A DNA stretch of 64,000 nucleotides. It comes from an uncultured Pirellulales bacterium (GTDB lineage Bacteria; Planctomycetota; Phycisphaerae; Sedimentisphaerales; Anaerohalosphaeraceae). A model generated the notes under the pieces. It did not search any database and was not told where the DNA came from. It saw only the letters and a list, made by a program, of their open reading frames with translations. Position 1 is the stretch's first letter; the number at the start of each line of letters is the position of its first letter. Positions 31,174 to 39,373 of the stretch are shown one piece after another. The position numbers and the translations under genes were made by a program. The DNA is taken from NCBI GenBank assembly GCA_964563335.1, contig CAZLWL010000001.1:9946-73945 (forward strand), read 5' to 3'.

Positions 31174-31765
31174 TAGGAGTCTGTCCGAGTAATTGATTCA
31201 AGCAACGCCTTTTTTTCTATTTCCGACTTTCGACTGAAATTTTCAAGGTTCAAAATCTCTCCATGCCCAAAGTTACACATTTACCGGCCAAAACGACCTT
31301 GATGTTTTCTCTGTGCCTGTTGTGCAGCCGCCTTGGCTTCGGCTTCCAATGCCTTTTTCGCTTCTTGAATGTGTTTGAGACGACTTTGACGGCGAGCCAA
31401 TTCTTCTGGTAATTCATCGCCACGCCTGTCAACACCGTACTTCTGGTCCTCCCGTTCATCAGTTGCCTGAGCTTTGCTGAGTAACTGATGAATCTCTTCT
31501 TTGAGTCGGTTTTCCTGCTCATATTTGTTCGTAATGGCAGATATGTCCAGCTCGTTGACGGTATCGAGTACAAAATAAACCAAGTCGTTCTCCGGCAGCC
31601 GGTCCTGGACAGATGGCGGAAGAAGATATTGCTGATTAGGGTTCCATGGCCGATATGTTTTGGTCATCCTTGAGTCTCCCAAAAACCTTGATTCATTTAT
31701 TGATGTTCGGAGGCATTATATCATCGATGTAAAACGCTTTCAATTATTACTCGGACAGACTCCTA
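31174..31765. mobile_element. internally deleted IS1182-like element (MITE-like remnant)
   Basis: There are perfect 20-bp terminal inverted repeats: taggagtctgtccgagtaat at 31174-31193 and its reverse complement at 31746-31765. They enclose a truncated transposase ORF. Confidence 0.6.
31281..31682 (-). pseudogene. IS1182-family transposase fragment (N-terminus plus coiled-coil linker; DDE domain missing)
   Basis: YRPWNPNQQYLLPPSVQDRLPENDLVYFVLDTVNELDISAI is the typical IS1182 N-terminus. It is followed directly by the ...DEREDQKYGVDRRGDELPEELARRQSRLKHIQEAKKALE linker. No catalytic domain follows. Confidence 0.65.
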
Positions 31766-31851
31766 TGGTAAGCGAAACGCCACCCTGGGTAATATGTGAC
31801 CCACAAAAACAAAAAGCCCTGAAAGGGCGAAAGAAAATCTATCTTGTCTGC

Positions 31852-31879
31852 GAACCATGAACTAAGAACTACGAACTGT
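31852..31879. repeat. four tandem heptamers GAACNNN
   Basis: The sequence is gaaccat gaactaa gaactac gaactgt, with GAAC at 31852, 31859, 31866 and 31873. Confidence 0.6.
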
Positions 31880-32087
31880 GCGGCCCCCCCGACCGTAGCA
31901 AAGAATCAACCTCAATATACAATATCAAATCTACAATTTTTAATCGTAACACGTGGCAATATCAACCACTTCGTTATTTGAAGTTCGATGTTAAGCAACG
32001 CGAAATCCCGACCTTCGGGGTTCGACGTTTCTTTCCGTCCTTTGGCCGGGATTCTCGCCGACGCGGAAACCTTCCCCATTTACCCTT

Positions 32088-32150
32088 CAAGCCACGACTT
32101 GGGTTTTTATTCAAGCCACGACTTGCCGGTTTTATCTAAGCCACGACTTG
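32088..32150. repeat. three direct copies of (c)aagccacgacttg spaced 24-26 nt apart
   Basis: The copies are at 32088-32101, 32112-32125 and 32138-32150. The last one ends 5 nt before the stop codon of the minus-strand PilZ gene. Confidence 0.7.
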
Positions 32151-32154
32151 AAGG

Positions 32155-32508
32155 TTACACCCGCAATTTTGGCGACTCGCAAAACTCCAGCGCCACTGCC
32201 TGCGTTATCGAGCGAGATTGGGTCGTTGCTAACGAGTGCGGCTGGTCAACCCTGATGACTCTGGCGTAGCTGGATAATCTGCCGCCATATTCCAGCAGTC
32301 CTTCGGTGGGTGGAACCGTCATGTCAACGCTCACCAATTCCCCGTCTTCCAGATTACAATCGCCGAACTCGGCCAACACGCCGCCTGGGCTTACATTAAC
32401 GGTATTACCCGCATAAACCGTGCCGCCGAGTTGGCCGACCTTCTGGCACAGCACGGTAAGCCTGAGCGGCTGGCGCTGATATCTTCTTCTGTCCTTATCT
32501 TCCTTCAT
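32155..32508 (-). CDS. stand-alone PilZ-domain c-di-GMP receptor
   Basis: 117 aa, with RRYQR (RxxxR) and NVSPGG (D/NxSxxG) motifs at the correct spacing. Confidence 0.8.
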   Translation of the reverse strand: MKEDKDRRRYQRQPLRLTVLCQKVGQLGGTVYAGNTVNVSPGGVLAEFGDCNLEDGELVSVDMTVPPTEGLLEYGGRLSSYARVIRVDQPHSLATTQSRSITQAVALEFCESPKLRV

Positions 32509-32572
32509 AAGCGTCCCTGCCTAAATGGAGGTCATTAAATATATCCTCTATCTTACCTAATCAAAAATCATT

Positions 32573-32588
32573 AGCAAGCCCCATACCA
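32573..32588 (-). promoter_or_regulatory. weak candidate sigma-54 promoter for the PilZ gene
   Basis: The minus strand reads tggtatggggcttgct, with GG and GC in the canonical register. It lies about 65-80 nt upstream of the PilZ start. The -24 box is degenerate. Confidence 0.2.
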
Positions 32589-32927
32589 AAACGACCTGCG
32601 GCAAAATGCCCTAAATTAACATTCCCAAGCTCTTGTAGATAATCAGGTTAAGTGGCCCCTGTTCAGTTCAGGCATAAAATCTTCCCGCCTGAGTGTCAGA
32701 AACGTTGACAAACAGCAACATGGAGCCAGGTACTGCAGCTTTTGTACAAAATTATTCACAATGTTGCCGTTTTGCCACCATATCGGTGCTTACCTATTTA
32801 TCGGATGAGCAAGGCGTTATGTTTGTTTAAGTGCGTCCCCCTTTATTCCGAAAAGGAAACAGAAATGTTGTTTTTTTGCAACACAGGCACTTAACAGAAC
32901 CTGGCTATCAGAGTTAAATGACTGCAA

Positions 32928-34082
32928 ATGAGCGCACAAAACCAAAAACAACCTGATAAATCGACAAAAGCTGAGCATGAGCGACAGCAACACTCTGCAT
33001 CTGAGGCGTTCAGTTCCCCAAACTTGGCCGAGTCGATAATCGAATCGGTTTGCACCGGAGTCGTGGCCTTTGACCGAAAGCTCAGGATAATCCGGGCCAA
33101 CAGCCGGGCTGACCAGCTTGTTGACCTCGGCGAATACATTGACCGGTCCCTCGCCGCCGGCACCGATGCCAAAGTCTGGGGCAACTGGACGAAGTTGCTC
33201 AAATCGACCATCACGACCGGCTGCAACGGTGATTTTAAGGCGGTAAGGTACAACTTTGACGGGCGAAAGAGGCTTCTGCACATAGTCTGCACACCGCTAA
33301 AGGAAATATCAACCCAACAGGTCATCGGCGCAGTGGTGGTTATCGAGGATGTGACCGAAAAAGCTGATATCGAGGGTCAACTGGCCCAGGCCGAGCGGTT
33401 CGCGGCTGTAGGCAAGGTCGCCAGCAAAGTGGCACACGAGCTGAACAATCCCATGGACGGGATTCTCAGATACCTTAATCTTGCAATACGCGTTATTGAC
33501 AAGCAGGACCTCGAAAAGGCCACCCAGTACCTCCATCAGTGCCGCGCAGGCCTGACACGCATGGTTCAGATTATCAGCGAGCTGCTGGAATTTTCCCGCT
33601 GTACGTATCCGGCCTTTGAGCGCGGGCCGGTCGATCGGATTGTTGAAGCGGCCGTCAAGGCCATGGAATCGCAGGCCAAGGGCATAGACGTTCAGGTCAT
33701 TCGAGACTTTGCCGGCGATATGCCGAGGTTCAGAGGCTCGAACCTGTTTCAGGTGTTCAGCAATCTGATTAAGAACGCCGCTGATGCCATGGAAGGTGCG
33801 GGCCAATTGAGAATTACGATATCCGATAGCGATGACATGCTGACGATAGAGTTTCGTGATACGGGCCCCGGCTTTGCCCCCGAAAACGCCGAAGTTATAT
33901 TTGAACCTTTCTTTACAACAAAACGCCGCGGCCGAGGCGCAGGGCTGGGCCTCGGGCTGGCAATATGCAAAGATATTGTTGAAAAGTACGATGGCCGGAT
34001 AACAGCCCGAAACGTCCCCGAGGGCGGCAGCGTATTCACTGTTCGTCTGCCACTCGCGCAGGAAAATTCACCGAGAGGCTAA
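32928..34082 (+). CDS. cytoplasmic PAS sensor histidine kinase (NtrB-like)
   Basis: 384 aa with no TM segment. It has a PAS-like N-terminus, an H-box VAHELNNP, an N-box [10 protein letters not shown] and G-boxes DTGPGF and [12 protein letters not shown]. Confidence 0.85.
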   Translation: MSAQNQKQPDKSTKAEHERQQHSASEAFSSPNLAESIIESVCTGVVAFDRKLRIIRANSRADQLVDLGEYIDRSLAAGTDAKVWGNWTKLLKSTITTGCNGDFKAVRYNFDGRKRLLHIVCTPLKEISTQQVIGAVVVIEDVTEKADIEGQLAQAERFAAVGKVASKVAHELNNPMDGILRYLNLAIRVIDKQDLEKATQYLHQCRAGLTRMVQIISELLEFSRCTYPAFERGPVDRIVEAAVKAMESQAKGIDVQVIRDFAGDMPRFRGSNLFQVFSNLIKNAADAMEGAGQLRITISDSDDMLTIEFRDTGPGFAPENAEVIFEPFFTTKRRGRGAGLGLGLAICKDIVEKYDGRITARNVPEGGSVFTVRLPLAQENSPRG

Positions 34083-34095
34083 TAGGGCAAATATA

Positions 34096-35481
34096 ATGGC
34101 AAAAGCGAAAATTCTTGTTGTTGACGATGACCGGATAATCCTTGATTCCTTATGTGAGTTTCTGAGTCTTGAAGGCTACGCCGCTACCGCAGCCGAGTCT
34201 TTCAAGGAAGCCGCCGCCGCTCTGCAAAGGCAGTCTTTCTCACTCGTTATCGCGGATGTGAACATACCCGACGGCTCCGGCTTCGAACTGTTATCGGTCG
34301 TCAGGAAGAACTATCCCCAAACGGTCGTCATCATCATCACCGGCTACGGGACTATTGAAAGCGCTGTTGAAGCAATCAAGATGGGCGCCTATGACTACCT
34401 CACCAAGCCGATCGTTGACGATGATCTGCTCTTAGGTGTTGAGCGGGCGCTGCGGCAGCAAACCCTTCTGAGCGAGAACCGCCAGTTGCGAGGGCAACTC
34501 GAACAGAAGTACACCTTGGATAATATTATCAGCCAGGACTACAAGATGGCCAAAATCTTCGACCTTATAGAAGCCGTGGCCGACACCACGACAACGATAT
34601 TGATGACGGGAGCCTCCGGCACCGGCAAGAGCATGTTGGCAAGAGCTATTCACTACCATTCATCCCGAAGTGATAAGGCCTTTGTTGAGGTTAGCTGCGG
34701 AGCCCTGCCGGAGACATTGTTAGAGAGCGAGTTGTTTGGCCACGTAAGAGGTGCCTTCACCGGAGCTGTAAGGGACAAAGACGGCAAATTCTTAGCTGCC
34801 GACGGCGGCACCGTCTTTCTTGATGAGATTTCGGTCGCATCGCCTGCCATGCAGGTAAAGCTGCTGCGCGTTCTTCAGGACCGGCAGTTTGAGGCGGTGG
34901 GCAGCAATAAGACCATCACAGTTGACACCCGCATTGTTCTGGCGTCAAACAGCAACCTTGTCGAGGAGGTCAAGGCCGGCCGGTTCAGAGAAGACCTTTA
35001 CTATCGAATCAATGTAGTTACGATTCATCTGCCGCCGTTAGCCGACAGAATCGGCGACATACCGCTGCTTACCGAGCATTTCCTTAGCCAATTCTGCCGG
35101 ACCCACGGCAAGGAAAAACGCGAAATAGTCCCCGAGGCGATGGAATGCCTGCAGCGTTATGCATGGCCCGGCAATGTGCGCGAGTTGGAAAACGTCATGG
35201 AAAGGGCGGTCCTGCTGTGCAAGGGTGCGCGGATCGGTATAGATGACCTGCCGCCGGCACTGGTGATGCAAAGTCGTGTTGCCACCGGGCCCGGCTTTAA
35301 GCAGATGGGATTGAAAGAGGTCCTTGCCGAGCCGGAAAAGACCGCTATCCGCGCCGCGCTCGACGCCAACAACTGGAACAGGCAAAACACCGCCAGGGCC
35401 CTGCAGATTAACCGGACCACACTGTACAAGAAGATGAAACGTTACGGTCTCGAAGACGAAGCGGCAAGATTAGGACTGTAA
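34096..35481 (+). CDS. sigma-54-dependent response regulator (NtrC family)
   Basis: 461 aa. It has a REC domain (DD...D at VIADVN), an AAA+ Walker A GASGTGKS, the GAFTGA loop ([13 protein letters not shown]) and a C-terminal Fis-type HTH ([20 protein letters not shown]). Confidence 0.9.
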   Translation: MAKAKILVVDDDRIILDSLCEFLSLEGYAATAAESFKEAAAALQRQSFSLVIADVNIPDGSGFELLSVVRKNYPQTVVIIITGYGTIESAVEAIKMGAYDYLTKPIVDDDLLLGVERALRQQTLLSENRQLRGQLEQKYTLDNIISQDYKMAKIFDLIEAVADTTTTILMTGASGTGKSMLARAIHYHSSRSDKAFVEVSCGALPETLLESELFGHVRGAFTGAVRDKDGKFLAADGGTVFLDEISVASPAMQVKLLRVLQDRQFEAVGSNKTITVDTRIVLASNSNLVEEVKAGRFREDLYYRINVVTIHLPPLADRIGDIPLLTEHFLSQFCRTHGKEKREIVPEAMECLQRYAWPGNVRELENVMERAVLLCKGARIGIDDLPPALVMQSRVATGPGFKQMGLKEVLAEPEKTAIRAALDANNWNRQNTARALQINRTTLYKKMKRYGLEDEAARLGL

Positions 35482-36008
35482 TTTCGTGATGTGGCCACAG
35501 CAACGCCAATAACTTTTCCTTGTTCGTCCAGCACAGGTCCACCGCTACTGCCTGGAGATATTGGAGCTGTTATCTGCAAAATAGAGTTTTGACCGACCGT
35601 TCTGATAGCGCTAACAATTCCCTTTGAAAAAGTGCCTTCTAACCCTTTAGGATTACCAACAACAAATAATTCATCTCCTATTGCAACTTTGTTGCCATCG
35701 CCAAGAGACAAGGTTGGAGCCTTAACATCTTTTATCTTCAGAAGCACTAAATCACTTCGTTTGTCAATGGCTACATACCCTACTATATCATACTTCGGTT
35801 TTGCTCCAACGATCTTAGCGTAACCTCCTGCTGCCACCTCCACAACGTGAAGATTTGTAGCAACTACGTTTTCTTTTACAAAAAACCCGCTACCTAACGA
35901 AAGCGGCTGACCATTATCGTCATGCATCACAAGCATTACAACCGAGGGGAATGCATTTTTTGCAATATCTCGAGCGTTTTGTGCCCTTGCTACGGGAATG
36001 AAGCACAA
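35442..36008 (-). CDS. trypsin-like (S1C, DegP-type protease domain, no PDZ) serine protease
   Basis: Catalytic residues: TNLHVV (His), DLVLLK (Asp), GSSGGPV (Ser). The track start is a TTG at 36008. An SD-preceded ATG at 36062 is in frame but separated by a TGA at 36045-36047 (see findings). The 3' end overlaps the ntrC-like gene convergently by 40 nt. Confidence 0.75.
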   Translation of the reverse strand: MCFIPVARAQNARDIAKNAFPSVVMLVMHDDNGQPLSLGSGFFVKENVVATNLHVVEVAAGGYAKIVGAKPKYDIVGYVAIDKRSDLVLLKIKDVKAPTLSLGDGNKVAIGDELFVVGNPKGLEGTFSKGIVSAIRTVGQNSILQITAPISPGSSGGPVLDEQGKVIGVAVATSRNYSPNLAASSSRP

Positions 36009-36231
36009 GGCTAAAATAGGCAGAGTTGTAAAAGCCCTCCAAAATCAATTTCTGAATCCCATTTCTGGTCCTTTCTCAAAAAAGCACTGAATAATTAAGT
36101 TTTACAATGACAACATTGTACAAGTTACTGGTGAGAGAGACAAGCATGAACGTTCTTTCGCATGATTTTTTCAGATAGATTACCGGTTTCGTTGGCTACT
36201 CTGGCATAGGCCTGCCTTGCCACAAACCCAA

Positions 36232-36573
36232 TCAGGACTCAAGGTCTTCGAGGATTTGGGATAGCAGCGGTTTTATTACGGGTATTCTGTTTTTTATTGT
36301 TTCCCACACAAGCTGGTAATCCACGCCAAAGTAGAAATGGATCAACCTGTCTCTCATCCCTGCCATATCTTTCCATGGTATCGAAGGGTATTGTTCTTTG
36401 ATCCGGTCAGGAACATTCTTAGACGCCTCCCCAATGATCTCGAACTTGCGAATTACGGCACTGGTGGTTTTGTCGTCATCCTTGAAACTGTTGAAATCTA
36501 TGTCTTCGACGAAAGCTTCAATCGCCTCAATAGCCGCCAGAATATCCCTTAGATACAGACTGCCATCCCTCAT
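36232..36573 (-). CDS. hepT: HepT-type HEPN toxin (DUF86)
   Basis: 113 aa. It has the RDRLIH (Rx4H) HEPN motif within MRDRLIHFYFGVDYQLVW, and overlaps the upstream gene by 4 nt. Confidence 0.8.
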   Translation of the reverse strand: MRDGSLYLRDILAAIEAIEAFVEDIDFNSFKDDDKTTSAVIRKFEIIGEASKNVPDRIKEQYPSIPWKDMAGMRDRLIHFYFGVDYQLVWETIKNRIPVIKPLLSQILEDLES

Positions 36574-36860
36574 ATATAAATTGCCTCCCCGAGAACTTGC
36601 GCTTTTATCTCCTCTCTTATCGAGCGAATCGGAACTACGTCAACTGAACAGTTCAGCCTCTCCTCGAGAAAATCAGACAGTCCTACAAAGTCAAACAAGT
36701 CGGCACCGGCATCGAAATCAACCAGCATATCGATATCACTGCCAGCGTCTTGTTCGCCGCGAGCATATGAGCCGAAGATACCTTTTATGTCCGCACGGAA
36801 TCTATTGCGAACTACCGGCCGGAGGTCCTTGAGATTTTCAAGAATCGATTGTTTTGTCAT
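36570..36860 (-). CDS. mntA: MntA-type minimal nucleotidyltransferase antitoxin
   Basis: 96 aa, with the GSYARGEQDAGSDIDMLVDF motif (GSxxRGx...SDxDl). Confidence 0.8.
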   Translation of the reverse strand: MTKQSILENLKDLRPVVRNRFRADIKGIFGSYARGEQDAGSDIDMLVDFDAGADLFDFVGLSDFLEERLNCSVDVVPIRSIREEIKAQVLGEAIYI

Positions 36861-36881
36861 AAATATAGTTCCTGAAAAACA

Positions 36882-38459
36882 TCATTCTATCCGGTTTTCC
36901 TTTGAAAGACAACTAAGAATGGTTTTTCGCATGGTTTTTTCGGGGGGGTCGGCGGTGTCTGTGCCGATGAACAGTTTGTACTGTGCCATTGCCTGGCGGA
37001 TGAACATCTCTACACCGCTTATAGTTTTTGCACCGGCCTTTGCGGCCTGCTTCAAGAGAAGCGTCTCGGCGGGATTATAGACTGTGTCAAAGACGGTCAT
37101 GTCGGCATTAAGGCGCTCGGCGGGTACGGGCGTTGCATCCACGTCGGGGTACATTCCGATACTTGTGCAATTTATGACTACCTGTGCTTCCATTTGGCTC
37201 AGGGCGTCAAGCGGGGCGTATTTGCATCTGAACTCCTTGCTTAAGGCCCGGGCCTTTGCGACCGTGCGATTGTAGATTGTAACCTCGGCCCCCACATCGG
37301 TAAGGCCTGCCACTACCGCCCGTGCTGCTCCGCCGGCTCCCACGACGGCAACGGTCATATCGTGCAGGCCGTGTTTGTCAATTTTAAGGGCAGCGCAGAG
37401 AGCGTCCATCGCGCCGGCGTAATCGGTGTTGGAGCCGCTGACCCTGGGACCGATGCCGATCTTGAGCGTGTTGACCGCACCGATATCCTCGGCCAGAGGC
37501 CCGACAAATTCGCCGGCGGCATTTACATAGTCAAGGGCGTGGGCCTTGTGCGGAATCGTTACGCTAAAGCCACCAAAGCCGAGCCAGCTTCTGGCCAGGA
37601 TGTTCTCCAGAAAATCGTTGAATCCGCTCCTTTCGCCTTCAACGAGCAACGGAACATACAATCCGTTTACACCCCGCTCACTAAAGCAGGCGTTGAAAAT
37701 CGCGGGGCTCAGCGAATGGGCGACGGGACTTCCGATTACGCCGAAAAGTTCGGTATCGGCGTCAATAGAATCCCAGCGGTAAAGCATCTTCAACTGCTCA
37801 ATCGTAATTTGCCCCGGCGCGGTAGCGTGTTCTTCATCAACCGAGGCAAATGTAAGAAACCCGCCGAGCTTTTTCGCTAATATTCGACTGATAAGACCTG
37901 CCTCACCCATGCAAAGTACAATCACATCGCCGGTTTTGTTGTGCAGTAAATCAAAGGCTTCGAAACAATCGTTTATGTGGCCCGCTGTATAAACTAACTT
38001 GGGTATAGCTTGTGGACAGGCGGCCGGCATCTCCTCATATAGCGCTTCCAAATCGTCAAAAGGGCAGGTGAAGTTGTGGGCCGAAAGAATCAGCCGGCCC
38101 TGTTTATTTTCCGATAGTGCCTCTTTGAGCCTGGCCTGTGCATCGCCTGCAAGGAAATTATCGTATTCGCAATCGACAAAGTCTGCACCATGATTCAGCG
38201 CTTCGACCAAAATCTCGGTTCGCAGTTGGAGCGACCAGTCGCCGACACCGCCCTGAGCCTTGTCCCTGCATGTGACAATCACCGGCAGTTTCGTTGCCTT
38301 TGCCTGGGCCAATAACGATTTGAGTGCGTCGGCATTGAGTTCATTTAGATAATCAGTGCGAAGTTCAAGCATCTCGGCACCGGCAGCGCGGGCGGATTCG
38401 ATCTGTTCGCCGGCAACAACAATGTCACTACACGATATTGGAACCGCAAGATATGTCAT
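36882..38459 (-). CDS. aroDE: bifunctional 3-dehydroquinate dehydratase (type I) / shikimate 5-dehydrogenase
   Basis: The N-terminal half (LELRTDYL, PVIVTCR) is AroD-like. The C-terminal half (GVIGSPVAHSLSPAIFNA, VVGAGGAARAV, NCTSIGM) is AroE-like. The start at 38459 (MTYLAVPI) is preferred over the longer track ORF that runs to 38540. Confidence 0.85.
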   Translation of the reverse strand: MTYLAVPISCSDIVVAGEQIESARAAGAEMLELRTDYLNELNADALKSLLAQAKATKLPVIVTCRDKAQGGVGDWSLQLRTEILVEALNHGADFVDCEYDNFLAGDAQARLKEALSENKQGRLILSAHNFTCPFDDLEALYEEMPAACPQAIPKLVYTAGHINDCFEAFDLLHNKTGDVIVLCMGEAGLISRILAKKLGGFLTFASVDEEHATAPGQITIEQLKMLYRWDSIDADTELFGVIGSPVAHSLSPAIFNACFSERGVNGLYVPLLVEGERSGFNDFLENILARSWLGFGGFSVTIPHKAHALDYVNAAGEFVGPLAEDIGAVNTLKIGIGPRVSGSNTDYAGAMDALCAALKIDKHGLHDMTVAVVGAGGAARAVVAGLTDVGAEVTIYNRTVAKARALSKEFRCKYAPLDALSQMEAQVVINCTSIGMYPDVDATPVPAERLNADMTVFDTVYNPAETLLLKQAAKAGAKTISGVEMFIRQAMAQYKLFIGTDTADPPEKTMRKTILSCLSKENRIE

Positions 38460-38688
38460 AATGCAAGCAGATATAGCTTTGGAGAGGCGTGAATGCAAGG
38501 ACAAAACCATGGCCCCCCAACTGCTGGGATACGCCTGCAAATCCGATTTTTGGTGTCATTTTTCTTTACGCAGCTTCGGCAGTTTGCTAAAATATCCTGC
38601 GTCCGGCCTGAAACAGATTTGACTGCTCTGTTCACCGGCGGAATATGGAGTGTCCAACAAAGAACGAAGTTGTCTTGACTGAGGAGTT

Positions 38689-38922
38689 ATGATGTCAGAA
38701 GGATATTATTTACACCTGCAACCGAGCGAAACCGCTGTTTTCGGCGCGGCAGCCAATATTTTTGCAAGCTACATAGCGACGAATCAGGTTACCGAAGACA
38801 ATGAGGCCGAGATGATGAAGAAGGCAATCCGCGCTGCCATCTCAATCGCACGCTATGTGGAAAAAGTCGTCCAGAGCGACGACGAATTGGCCGCTGAGCA
38901 CAAAATAGAACCCAAGATATAA
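38689..38922 (+). CDS. small hypothetical protein (77 aa)
   Basis: A good SD (gaggag) sits 5-6 nt upstream of the ATG. I recognised no motif. Confidence 0.4.
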   Translation: MMSEGYYLHLQPSETAVFGAAANIFASYIATNQVTEDNEAEMMKKAIRAAISIARYVEKVVQSDDELAAEHKIEPKI

Positions 38923-38929
38923 AATATAT

Positions 38930-39214
38930 CTCCCATCTTGCGCAAACGTACCAGCCTCGTAGTGCGGCTTCACAAACGGGCAATCGTAATTAAGCCACTC
39001 CAATACGACAATTTGCCCTGAATAGTCGGCCAGCTTCACCTGCTTGCCATTGTGGTCTGTCAGCGCAAAATCCGGTGCCTTCTTAACTGCCGTTTCGCCA
39101 CCATCCTTATGCCGGGACAGGGGACTTGGGTAATGGTTTTTTACCTTTGCAGCCAGCCAAAACGATCCCCAAGCCGGCCAGAAGCAAAACCGTCAACAAT
39201 CTCGTTTTGGACAT
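38930..39214 (-). pseudogene. thioredoxin-fold (redoxin/AhpC-TSA-like) lipoprotein gene, frameshifted and 3'-truncated
   Basis: The ATG at 39214 gives a lipoprotein signal, MSKTRLLTVLLLAGLGIVLAGC, then a stop after 35 codons. The +1 frame continues KKAPDFALTDHNGKQVKLADYSGQIVVLEWLNYDCPFVKPHY. Similarity to redoxins ends near 38940. Confidence 0.55.
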
Positions 39215-39373
39215 TTTCAGCACCTTTCAGCAAAATTATCATCAGCCTTTCGCAAACCGTATCCATATAACATACGAACTGACTTGCATCTGTATAACTT
39301 ATTGCTAAAATACTACACAATCCTGACTTTCGTGTACAATACTCTTTAATGTAAAAACCACGGTGCCAGAAAC

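Noticed and set aside
30935-31196. Two overlapping 74-77-aa plus-strand ORFs in the gap between the beta-helix gene and the IS remnant.
   Set aside because: They are Cys/Phe-rich and improbable, with no SD. They overlap each other in different frames and are probably non-coding promoter or junction DNA.
32005-32035. A tRNA-like GGTTCGA (T-loop-like) sequence in the non-coding region after the IS remnant.
   Set aside because: The flanking bases cannot form a T-stem, and I could not build an acceptor or anticodon arm. It is likely a coincidence.
36045-36047. Selenocysteine or alternative genetic code (TGA as a sense codon) as an explanation for the in-frame TGA in the protease gene.
   Set aside because: TGA terminates several well-defined genes in this window (e.g. 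fcl). A Sec residue inside the n-region of a signal peptide has no functional rationale, and I see no convincing downstream SECIS-like hairpin.
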